From IMG/VR virus record IMGVR_UViG_3300045988_113246: a stretch of DNA of 48,367 nt; one strand, written 5' to 3'. The stretch comes from a virus. This document shows positions 8,719-16,519 of the stretch, in pieces (positions within the stretch are counted from its first letter, which is position 1; each line of letters begins with the position of its first letter). Under the pieces are notes generated by a model. That model saw nothing but the letters and a program-made list of their open reading frames with translations. It had not been told where the DNA came from and searched no databases. Position numbers and translations under genes: made by a program.

Positions 8719-9285
8719 ATGAAGAAGATTTTTCTATTTCAAAAGACAAACGAGGGTAGCAACCGATTGGTAGGACGCTACGACAGCACAGAGGACGCAC
8801 AAGCAAAGGCTTTGGATTTGGTAGAGAACGATGTAAATATATTCGACTTCTACATCGAAGCACGCGAGTACGAGGACATCACAAACCGCGTAAAGAGTTA
8901 CGCAGACGCTTGTAAGGTTTTGGGCATTGAACCGATGGACGAGGAAGCCATGAAGGCGCAAGGCTTCCGCCCGGACGAGATAGCACGCCGCCAGCTTGAA
9001 ACAATAACCGAAGCACTTAACGAAGGCTGGAAGCCCAACTGGGAAGATACCGACGAATACAAGTACTACCCCTACTTCTACATTGAGGTAAACGAGGTTA
9101 AGACAGAGGACGGGGACACTTCCGGCGCGAGTGCCGGGCTTTCGTACGCGAGTACGTATTACGCGGCTGCGAATACGTCTGCGCACTTCGGCTCTCGGCT
9201 TTGCTTCCACAACCGCGAAACGGCACGCTACGCCGGGCGCACATTTACCGACCTTTACGCACAAATTCTAATTGAGAAGTTATGA
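8719..9285 (+). CDS. Second (remote) DGR target protein, small and signal-less
   Basis: 188 aa from the ATG at 8719. The C-terminal SGASAGLSYASTYYAAANTSAHFGSRLCF is encoded by a sequence matching the DGR template repeat with mismatches at TR adenines plus one T-to-G at the 3' edge. Confidence 0.75.
   Translation: MKKIFLFQKTNEGSNRLVGRYDSTEDAQAKALDLVENDVNIFDFYIEAREYEDITNRVKSYADACKVLGIEPMDEEAMKAQGFRPDEIARRQLETITEALNEGWKPNWEDTDEYKYYPYFYIEVNEVKTEDGDTSGASAGLSYASTYYAAANTSAHFGSRLCFHNRETARYAGRTFTDLYAQILIEKL
9118..9205 (+). repeat. DGR variable region VR2
   Basis: 88 nt align without gaps to TR 44913..45000. I count 15 mismatches, all at TR adenines, plus one T-to-G at TR 44998. It is in the same codon phase as VR1. 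Confidence 0.8.
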
Positions 9286-10124
9286 TACAGCCCGAAAACA
9301 CACAGACGAGAAAAGACGAAGTACGTTTTAGAACGTCAGACATTCGCCGGATCGTGGGGAAATTCTTAGCTTCCAACGTGCTAAAGACGTGGAACGAAGA
9401 TTTTATAGACGAGAGTACGGGCGAGGTAGTAACCATTGAGCGTAACGAAATTCTTTTTGAACGCGGCAGCTACATAGACGATGATTTAGCGCAGCAAATA
9501 AACTTTAGCATCCAAGCAGAGGAGATAAAGGACGTAGAGGTAAGCAACCAGCGCAGATTAGCCACACCAAACCAGCGTACCGGGTTATACCCGTTCAAGG
9601 TAAGCGCGAGAATTGGAACGAAACGCCATAACTTCATCCTTCAAGCGCAGGACGCGACAAAGGCGATAGAGGTAGCGACGGATTACATCGAACTTAACTT
9701 TAGAAATTCGTTTGACATTACCGACATAAAGCTGATGGATAACGTAGTTATTCTTAACGACCGCCTACGCAAGGCAGTAGAAGCAAAGGAGGGAGGAAAC
9801 GAGGAGGGAGCAGAACCCGATGACGGCGAGGAAACGCGCGACGATACCAAGTACTACAAGGTTGAAGCCGAAGTAGCGATAAGCACCGAGAACGAGGAAG
9901 AACCCGAAAAGAAGCCCTACGACTTCATTGTACGCACGAAAGACGTAGATACAGCTAAAGTGGTTATCACGGCGTGGATAAACGCCAAAGTAAAGGAGCG
10001 CACAGAGCGCGACGGGGACGAACGCAAGGTAGTAGACCTTTCCATCCTTTCCGCTTCGCCATTTGCTTGTAACGCCATTATAGACAAAGCCTTTTGTTTG
10101 GCATACAGAGAACAGGAGGTATAA
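9282..10124 (+). CDS. Hypothetical acidic protein with an apparent internal duplication
   Basis: 280 aa. FKVSARIGTKRHNFILQAQDATKAIEVATDYI and YKVEAEVA...YDFIVRTKDVDTAKVVITAWI look like two copies of one small domain, separated by an E/D-rich linker. Confidence 0.5.
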   Translation: MIQPENTQTRKDEVRFRTSDIRRIVGKFLASNVLKTWNEDFIDESTGEVVTIERNEILFERGSYIDDDLAQQINFSIQAEEIKDVEVSNQRRLATPNQRTGLYPFKVSARIGTKRHNFILQAQDATKAIEVATDYIELNFRNSFDITDIKLMDNVVILNDRLRKAVEAKEGGNEEGAEPDDGEETRDDTKYYKVEAEVAISTENEEEPEKKPYDFIVRTKDVDTAKVVITAWINAKVKERTERDGDERKVVDLSILSASPFACNAIIDKAFCLAYREQEV

Positions 10125-10186
10125 GAGTAAGTAACCAAAGCCGGGGCGCGACCTTCGGGGCGCGTCCCGATTAAAGCATCAGTTAT

Positions 10187-11008
10187 ATGAGCCAAGATAG
10201 TATAGTAATGTTCCGCAACATAATAGAAGCGTTAGCCGTATTACCTGCCGAAACGTATAAGAAAGTTTCGCAAATGGTTTACGCATACGCTTTCGACGGA
10301 GAAGAGCCAGCAGACGAAGCCGACCCTATTGTACTTGCTCTTTTCCTTTCCTTCAAACCGCAAATAGACTTCAACGTAAAGAGATACGAAAGCTATGTAG
10401 AACGCGGAAAGAAAGGCGGCGCACCAAAAGGAAACAGCAACGCCAAAAAAGGAAAAGATAGCGAAGAAAAACAACCTAAAACAACTAAAAACAAGGTAAA
10501 ACAAGTTGGAACAAGCAAAGACAACTTAGAACAACTTGAAGAAGATACGGAACAAAGCGAAACAAGCAAAAACGACCTTATATCTATATCAATATCAGAT
10601 AATAATACTGTTGTTGATAACGCGCACACGCGCGAGAGCGAGGACGGAGCGCAGGAAGAAGAAAGCGAAGCGGGAGATTACGAAGCCTTCTTAAACGAGT
10701 TCTTCAAGGAAACCAACCGTTCAAACATTGAGGTTATTTGCATGCAGCTACACACAACGCCCGAAGCACTACGCAAGGAAGCTGAAGAAGTTGTAGCCGA
10801 GTGGCGGCTGACCAAAGCGCGACACCAAGATTACAGCGACACGGCTCGGCACTTAGTGAACCAATTACGGGTAAGGTATAACGTAAAACAGAAAGAAGAT
10901 GGCAGAAAACAAAAGCAGCCAGCAACAGGCACAGCAACCGCAAAGGATAGATTTAACGGCGTTTGCGAAACTCCTACGAAGAAAAAGCACCTACGCAGCA
11001 CGATTTAA
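10187..11008 (+). CDS. Replisome organizer / replication initiator-like protein
   Basis: 273 aa. Conserved N-terminal domain, then a low-complexity K/N/E linker encoded by 10-bp-phased iterons. It lies immediately upstream of a DnaC-like loader. The 3' end overlaps the next ORF, so the exact end is uncertain. Confidence 0.6.
   Translation: MSQDSIVMFRNIIEALAVLPAETYKKVSQMVYAYAFDGEEPADEADPIVLALFLSFKPQIDFNVKRYESYVERGKKGGAPKGNSNAKKGKDSEEKQPKTTKNKVKQVGTSKDNLEQLEEDTEQSETSKNDLISISISDNNTVVDNAHTRESEDGAQEEESEAGDYEAFLNEFFKETNRSNIEVICMQLHTTPEALRKEAEEVVAEWRLTKARHQDYSDTARHLVNQLRVRYNVKQKEDGRKQKQPATGTATAKDRFNGVCETPTKKKHLRSTI
10468..10650. repeat. Origin-like module inside the organizer gene: iterons, AT-rich block, GC-rich block
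   Basis: About ten 10-bp-phased units of the type ACAAnnTAAA, then ACCTTATATCTATATC, then GTTGTTG, then CGCGCACACGCGCGAGAGCGAGG. Confidence 0.6.
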
Positions 11009-11636
11009 GGTAGACAAGTACACGGAGGACATACCGAACATGCTATACGAGTGCTACCGCTACCAAGTGGAGAAGCGCGGACACGTTCTAAAGAGGGACG
11101 AAGCCACGATAGACCACATCAGACGCGCTGCCCGTTGGCTGTTGGGAGCAAGCCCGAAGCCGGGGTTATTCCTTTACGGAGAGCCGGGAAACGGAAAGAC
11201 CACGTTAGCCAAGGCAATAGCGCAGCTTATAGGGCTTTTGTACGATAGCCCATACATGAACGAGCGCAAGGGTGTAGTAGTTATTCCTGCTTCATCACTA
11301 ACAGAAGCGGCAAGGGGCGAGAAGCAAGACCTTCTAAACCGCATGAAAACTACCGAACTGCTCTACATTGACGACGTAGGTATAGAGCCAGCAAGCCTAA
11401 AAGTTTGGGGTAACGAGGTTAGCCCGTTGGTTGATTTGCTTTACTACCGCTACGACAACCAGCTGTTCACGATAATAACCTCCAACTTGATAGGCGACGA
11501 GGATATAGAAAAGCGATACGGCGCACGGATAGCCGACAGGTTTATAGAAATGTTCGACTTGATAGGCTTTGAAAACAAGAGCTACCGCCCAAGGCTTGAA
11601 ACTTTGCCGACAATACCAGCAGAACCAAACGACTGA
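10899..11636 (+). CDS. DnaC/IstB-like AAA+ helicase loader
   Basis: Walker A GEPGNGKTT and Walker B LLYIDDVG. The alternative start at 11040 (MLYECY) would remove the 110-nt overlap with the upstream gene. Confidence 0.75.
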   Translation: MAENKSSQQQAQQPQRIDLTAFAKLLRRKSTYAARFKVDKYTEDIPNMLYECYRYQVEKRGHVLKRDEATIDHIRRAARWLLGASPKPGLFLYGEPGNGKTTLAKAIAQLIGLLYDSPYMNERKGVVVIPASSLTEAARGEKQDLLNRMKTTELLYIDDVGIEPASLKVWGNEVSPLVDLLYYRYDNQLFTIITSNLIGDEDIEKRYGARIADRFIEMFDLIGFENKSYRPRLETLPTIPAEPND

Positions 11637-11758
11637 AGTAGCGCACGGGCGCAAATAAGCGCGTTTGTCGGCATTTCGCAGCCAAGAGCGAAAGTGAACA
11701 CGGAAACATAAAGAACGCCTTAAAAGGCAAGAATACAGAAAACAAAAAGCAACAGTAC

Positions 11759-12364
11759 ATGGGAAAGATAAAGTACTACATAAGTGGCAAGATAACGGGG
11801 TTACAGCCTTCGGAGTACGCCGCGAGGTTTGGCAAGGCAGAAGAACACCTTACCGCGCAGGGCTTCGATGTTGTAAACCCACTTCGCCACGTTGTGCCGT
11901 CGGCACATTGGAAAGAACAGATGAAAGTAGATATACGGCTGTTGCTTGATTGCAACGCTATATACATGCTTTCAAATTGGGAACAGAGTATAGGCGCGAC
12001 CTTAGAACACGACATAGCGGAAGGTTTGGGGATGATAGTTGAGTACGAGCGAACGCCAAAGCACCGCGATATAAAAGCCGCCATTATTACGGTGATGGGT
12101 GTAAACTTCAAGACGATAGCGGAGGACAGCCGTAACCGTTGGCACGTTTATGCCCGGATGATATACGCGCACCATTGCAAGAAGCGCGGAGAATACACGC
12201 ACCGCATAGCCGAGGAAACGAACCACAACAAAAGTACGATAAGTTACTATTTGCGGAACTACGATACAGAATACAAGTATAACCGGGAGTTCAGAGCAGC
12301 AGCAGAGAAGGTAGCCACACTTCTAAGCGAGAAACTGAGCACGCAGACGGATATAACGATATAA
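11759..12364 (+). CDS. DUF4406 (nucleoside deoxyribosyltransferase-like) domain fused to a DnaA-C-like HTH
   Basis: The N-terminus KIKYYISGKITG...AIYMLSNWEQSIGATLEHDIA fits DUF4406. The C-terminus IAEETNHNKSTISYYLRN resembles the DnaA domain IV type HTH. Confidence 0.5.
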   Translation: MGKIKYYISGKITGLQPSEYAARFGKAEEHLTAQGFDVVNPLRHVVPSAHWKEQMKVDIRLLLDCNAIYMLSNWEQSIGATLEHDIAEGLGMIVEYERTPKHRDIKAAIITVMGVNFKTIAEDSRNRWHVYARMIYAHHCKKRGEYTHRIAEETNHNKSTISYYLRNYDTEYKYNREFRAAAEKVATLLSEKLSTQTDITI

Positions 12365-12380
12365 ACGAACATTCAGCTAT

Positions 12381-13418
12381 ATGAACGTACTAAGCCTTTT
12401 TGATGGAATGTCATGCGCGAGAATTGCGTTAAAGGAATTGGGGATAAAGGTAGATAAGTACTTTGCTTCCGAGATAGACAAATACGCGATAGCGCAGACA
12501 CGGCTCAATTTTCCCGATACCATACAGCTGGGCGACGTTACCCAAGTGGATGGGTACGCCCTTCCTAAAATTGATTTGCTTGTAGGCGGCTCACCGTGCC
12601 AAGGGTTCAGTTTTGCAGGCAAGCAACTTAATTTCAAAGACCCACGAAGTAAACTGTTCTTTGAATACGTCAGAATACTGAAGGAGTTGAGGGCGAAGAA
12701 CCCAAACATAAAATTCATGCTTGAAAACGTGAGGATGCGCAAGGAATACGAAATGGTCATAACAAACGAATTGGGGTTATTCCCGGTTTGTATAAATAGT
12801 TCTTTGGTCAGCGCACAGAACCGCATCCGCTTATATTGGACGAACATACGGACACGCACCGAAGGGCTGTTTAGCGAAGTCTATACGGATATTCCACAGC
12901 CAAAGGACAAAGGGCTGCTATTGAAGGACATCTTAGAAACGGAAGTAGATACGAAATACTACCTAAGTGAAAAGGTTATAAACAACATGCTCCTGCACCT
13001 ACAAAGGCAGAAGGAGAAAGGCAACGGTTTCGGCATAGACATTCGCCAGCCGCAAAACAAGAGTTGTAGCCTAACCGTAGGCGTCAAGATGATGCGCGAT
13101 TTAGTGCAAGTTCAAAGCACCAGCGTAAGGCAGCTTAACCAAAGCAAGGAGAGCGCAGGACAACAGCCATACCAGCAAAACCGCATTTACGACACAGAGG
13201 GCAAAAGCCCGGCGTTAATGCACGGACACGCAGGAAATACTATAAACGTATTCGGGGGGGGTAAGATACGCCGTTTAACCCCGTTAGAGTGTAGCCGCCT
13301 ACAAACTATTCCATCGTGGTACGTTTGGCAGTGTTCAGAAACGCAGACCTACAAGATGCTCGGCAACGGGTGGACGGTGGAAGTAATAAAGCATATTTTT
13401 AGCTATTTGAAGCAGTAA
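12381..13418 (+). CDS. DNA (cytosine-5) methyltransferase, orphan
   Basis: Motif I LFDGMS, motif IV GGSPCQGFS, motif VI ENV, motif VIII QNRIR, motif X GNGW. No adjacent endonuclease gene is recognisable. Confidence 0.85.
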   Translation: MNVLSLFDGMSCARIALKELGIKVDKYFASEIDKYAIAQTRLNFPDTIQLGDVTQVDGYALPKIDLLVGGSPCQGFSFAGKQLNFKDPRSKLFFEYVRILKELRAKNPNIKFMLENVRMRKEYEMVITNELGLFPVCINSSLVSAQNRIRLYWTNIRTRTEGLFSEVYTDIPQPKDKGLLLKDILETEVDTKYYLSEKVINNMLLHLQRQKEKGNGFGIDIRQPQNKSCSLTVGVKMMRDLVQVQSTSVRQLNQSKESAGQQPYQQNRIYDTEGKSPALMHGHAGNTINVFGGGKIRRLTPLECSRLQTIPSWYVWQCSETQTYKMLGNGWTVEVIKHIFSYLKQ

Positions 13419-13449
13419 ACATAATAATAACCAATTAAAACGAACGATT

Positions 13450-13896
13450 ATGTTAGTAATGGAAACATGCGGCTTCTTAGGAAGCGACGCAGAAATTAAG
13501 GAGTTCAACGGAAAGCGTTACATTTCCTTCAACGTGGCAGCATCAGACCGCCACAAGGACGCGAACGGCACGGTAGTAAGCCGTACAACGTGGGTAAGTT
13601 GTCTGAAGTTAGGCGAAGGCGCGTTAGCTACCTACCTAAAGAAGGGTACACAAGTTTTCATCCGTGGCGACCTTTCTACAAAGATTTTCACCAACGCCAA
13701 CGGCGCACAAGTGGGCATTAACTGCCACGTCCGGGAATTGCAGCTACTTAGTGGCGGCAGCAAGACGCAGACAGACGGAAACGCCAGCGCACAGCAGCAG
13801 ACAGCAACGGCACAGCCCCAAGCACAGCCAGCGCAACCTCCATACGGAGCAACTGCAGCACCAGCAAGCGAGAAAAACGACGATTTACCATTTTAA
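13450..13896 (+). CDS. ssb: Single-stranded DNA-binding protein
   Basis: OB-fold-like N-terminus, Q/P/A-rich linker and the canonical acidic tip DDLPF. Confidence 0.8.
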   Translation: MLVMETCGFLGSDAEIKEFNGKRYISFNVAASDRHKDANGTVVSRTTWVSCLKLGEGALATYLKKGTQVFIRGDLSTKIFTNANGAQVGINCHVRELQLLSGGSKTQTDGNASAQQQTATAQPQAQPAQPPYGATAAPASEKNDDLPF

Positions 13897-13905
13897 GCCA
13901 CGCTT

Positions 13906-14178
13906 ATGGAACTGAAATACAAAGTACAGATTACGGAAGGTTTTGTTTACGACACGCTAAAAGAGTCTATACAAGATTTTATAGCAGACCTTCCAAGCCA
14001 CACCTACAAAGAAGCAACAAGTAAGCTATTTAGTAGTATTAGTTTTGCCATTTTTCGCAACGGCAAGCCTGTAACGGATAAGGACGTAGAGCCATACCGC
14101 GACGCACCAGCTAAAGGCGTAGTTTATAGCGCGGCTTTGTTCCGTGGCGGCAAACAGATAGCAAGTATAACGCCATGA
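13906..14178 (+). CDS. Hypothetical protein
   Basis: 90-aa ORF. Its stop overlaps the next start. Confidence 0.4.
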   Translation: MELKYKVQITEGFVYDTLKESIQDFIADLPSHTYKEATSKLFSSISFAIFRNGKPVTDKDVEPYRDAPAKGVVYSAALFRGGKQIASITP

Positions 14179-14384
14179 ACCATAAAGAATTTTACGAAAA
14201 GGTAGTAGCCATGCGCAAGGCGCAAAAGGACTATTTCAAGTTTCGCAGTTCAGCATATTTGCAGACATCCAAACGGCTGGAACGCGAGATAGACGACGAG
14301 ATTAAGCGAGTAGAAGCCGTATTAGCGGAGGAGGAACGCAAGAACCAGCCTTCACTATTCGGCGATGGTTTTTACACAACATAA
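14175..14384 (+). CDS. Hypothetical protein
   Basis: 69-aa ORF, translationally coupled (ATGA overlap). Confidence 0.4.
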   Translation: MNHKEFYEKVVAMRKAQKDYFKFRSSAYLQTSKRLEREIDDEIKRVEAVLAEEERKNQPSLFGDGFYTT

Positions 14385-14395
14385 CAGCAAGATCG

Positions 14396-14659
14396 ATGAA
14401 CGAAATACATAACTTCAAGATACCTATCAGCGGAACGGACTACGAGCCGGAGCGCATGGAGCTAACGATGTCACAAGCCCACACTATAGCAAGAGGACGG
14501 GCAAGACAGCACAAAGACCGCGAAGTAAGGCTTTACTGCTTTAACACCATGTGCCACCGTTGGGAATTGTGTACGGAATACAAGTATAACCACGAAACAA
14601 GGCAAATAGACCGCAAGGACTGCTGGCGACCGCTAAAGCCGGGCGAGCAAATAAGATAG
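14396..14659 (+). CDS. Hypothetical protein
   Basis: 87-aa ORF in the operon. Confidence 0.4.
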   Translation: MNEIHNFKIPISGTDYEPERMELTMSQAHTIARGRARQHKDREVRLYCFNTMCHRWELCTEYKYNHETRQIDRKDCWRPLKPGEQIR

Positions 14660-14661
14660 CC

Positions 14662-15075
14662 ATGACGTTTGAGGAGTTAAAGGCGATAGCCAACGCGAAG
14701 GCAGAGAAAGCCAAGCCAAGGCACGAAGAAAGCCAAATACAGCGTAGCTGCCTACGTTGGTTTAGGCTTCAATACCCACAGTATGCCCTGCTTTGTTTTG
14801 CAGTTCCAAACGGAGGAGCGAGAAACAAGCGCGAAGCCAGCATCATGAAAGCGGAAGGCGTAACGGCAGGAGTAGCCGATGTTATCCTGCTTATTCCTTC
14901 AAGTGGCTACGCTTCGCTTTGTTTAGAGTTCAAGACACAGACGGGCAGACAGCAGGACACGCAAAAGGCATGGCAGAAGGCAGCGGAAACGGCAGGAAAC
15001 AAATACACCGTTATACGCAGCTTTGAAGAGTTTAGGAACGAAGTAACCAACTACTTACAACCGAAAAAGCGGTAA
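14662..15075 (+). CDS. VRR-NUC domain nuclease
   Basis: 137 aa. GVADVILL...LEFK is a PD-(D/E)xK-type core in the VRR-NUC arrangement. Confidence 0.65.
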   Translation: MTFEELKAIANAKAEKAKPRHEESQIQRSCLRWFRLQYPQYALLCFAVPNGGARNKREASIMKAEGVTAGVADVILLIPSSGYASLCLEFKTQTGRQQDTQKAWQKAAETAGNKYTVIRSFEEFRNEVTNYLQPKKR

Positions 15076-15077
15076 TA

Positions 15078-15100
15078 GGCGAAGTGTTGGCGAAGTGTTT
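15078..15100 (+). promoter_or_regulatory. Tandem 11-mer GGCGAAGTGTT x2 (copy 1 of 3)
   Basis: The exact 23-mer GGCGAAGTGTTGGCGAAGTGTTT is also present at 26962..26984. It lies 37 nt upstream of a TAnnTTTG box. Confidence 0.55.
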
Positions 15101-15101
15101 T

Positions 15102-15136
15102 AGGGTTAAACGTATCAAACTAATACGTTTAACCCT
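15102..15136 (+). terminator. Perfect 13-bp hairpin (terminator or operator)
   Basis: agggttaaacgta / tacgtttaaccct with a 9-nt loop. It lies directly after the VRR-NUC gene and before the -7 box. Confidence 0.45.
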
Positions 15137-15137
15137 T

Positions 15138-15145
15138 TATCTTTG
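15138..15145 (+). promoter_or_regulatory. Candidate -7 box TATCTTTG
   Basis: Matches TAnnTTTG, 18 nt upstream of the ATG at 15163. Confidence 0.45.
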
Positions 15146-15162
15146 CATAAAATTTTATAAGC

Positions 15163-15471
15163 ATGAGTATTCAGACATTCAAAGAGAAGGTAAAGGGCTT
15201 TATAAGCCGCATACCGACAGACAAAAAAAAGCACTTCGCGGCAGGCTTCGCGATTTGCGCCATAGTAAGCATCCTTTGTGGCTACCTTATTGGCTTTGCA
15301 GTAGCCGCCATAGCAGCCGCAGGAAAGGAAGCACGCGACTACATAACCAAGAAGGGAACTCCCGAATTTGCCGATTTCGTTTACACGATAGTGGGCGCGG
15401 TAGCCTTCATCTTGTTTTCGGTAGTCCTTTCTTTGTTGGTGCAAGCCTTCATAATGTTGGTTTACTTTTAA
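15163..15471 (+). CDS. Membrane protein with 3 predicted TM helices (holin candidate)
   Basis: 102 aa with three hydrophobic helices. It has its own promoter and terminator. Preferred over the overlapping alternative-frame ORF 15084..15503. Confidence 0.55.
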   Translation: MSIQTFKEKVKGFISRIPTDKKKHFAAGFAICAIVSILCGYLIGFAVAAIAAAGKEARDYITKKGTPEFADFVYTIVGAVAFILFSVVLSLLVQAFIMLVYF

Positions 15472-15528
15472 GTTTGGCTTTGCAGAAAGCATCATATAGC
15501 TGAAGAGCAACGGCAACAGCCGGAGCGG

Positions 15529-15560
15529 AAGGGCGCGGCGACCAAACCGCGCCCTTTTTA
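15529..15560 (+). terminator. Rho-independent terminator
   Basis: Stem aagggcgcgg / ccgcgccctt with an 8-nt loop. The 3' arm runs into T5 (15555..15559). Confidence 0.7.
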
Positions 15561-15576
15561 ATTAAACGACAACGAC

Positions 15577-16323
15577 ATGGCACGAAAGAAAAGAATACAG
15601 GCAGACAAAAGCGACCTTCACGTTAGCGATTTCGGGAATATTGAAATACCCGATTTGGATTTGTCGCTGTTCGACGTGTTGAACGATGGCTACGACGAGG
15701 AAACACGCTATACCAAGCCGAAAGTTTACGACTTGAAAAGCGATTACGTTCTATACGATAACGCGGTAAAGTTGGCGCAAGAACTACGCTTAGGTTTTGG
15801 AGAACGCGCCGACGTGTTTGTTAGCGGTAACTTCATATTCGGCGATTTCATAGAAGCGTATATAGTTGACAATAACGCCAAGTGCAGGAAGATGACTATA
15901 AGCACGCTATCACTAAGTCAGAATAACGTAGATAGCCTTTACAACCTTCTTGCAAACGGATATATAGACGAATTGAACCTCGTAGTAAGCGTTTACTTTT
16001 GGGGCAACGAGATAAGAAGCCTTATCCCCTACATATACCGTAAACTTGATTTCGGCAATAAGTTCCAGCTTTCAGTAGCATCAGTTCACACCAAAACCGC
16101 GCAGTTTGAAACGCTCGGAGGGCGTAAGGTAGTCATTCACGGAAGCGCGAACTTACGCAGTAGCGGCAATATAGAGCAGTTCACAATAGAGGAGAACCCC
16201 GAATTATACGACTTCTACGACGAACATTTTAGCCGGATCGTGGAGAAGTACGCAACAATAAGGAAGCCAATACGCGGCAATTCCTTATGGAGTGAGTTAG
16301 TAAAGAAAAGGTTTAACGATTAA
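15577..16323 (+). CDS. PLD/Nuc-like (HKD-type) domain protein
   Basis: 248 aa. VHTKTAQFE...IHGSANL approximates the HxK(x)4D...GSxN motif, with E in place of D. Confidence 0.4.
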   Translation: MARKKRIQADKSDLHVSDFGNIEIPDLDLSLFDVLNDGYDEETRYTKPKVYDLKSDYVLYDNAVKLAQELRLGFGERADVFVSGNFIFGDFIEAYIVDNNAKCRKMTISTLSLSQNNVDSLYNLLANGYIDELNLVVSVYFWGNEIRSLIPYIYRKLDFGNKFQLSVASVHTKTAQFETLGGRKVVIHGSANLRSSGNIEQFTIEENPELYDFYDEHFSRIVEKYATIRKPIRGNSLWSELVKKRFND

Positions 16324-16519
16324 AAACGAAACATTATGGCAAGTGGAAGCGAGAGCAGAAGCGGAGGTAGCAAGATTTCCGCAAGTACGGCGGCAAGCCG
16401 TAGAACCGTCCTACCGTGGTCAATGCCATCGGGAGAAGAAGCACCATTTTAGCAACTAACAACGAGAGCCGCGCAAGGCGTGAGTACCTAAAGCGCGGTT
16501 TTCCTTCAAAGCAAAGGTT

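Noticed and set aside
8734-9264. Minus-strand ORFs 8734..9264 and 44221..44427, which encode similar Arg-rich peptides (..PRAEVRRRIRSRVIR..)
   Set aside because: The similarity is only the antisense translation of the VR repeats. Both lie fully inside well-supported plus-strand genes.
15084-15503. 139-aa plus-strand ORF overlapping the 3-TM membrane protein gene
   Set aside because: It starts inside the hairpin/promoter region upstream of the -7 box, and its product is Arg/Leu-rich. The alternative frame 15163..15471 has a proper promoter distance and coherent TM helices.
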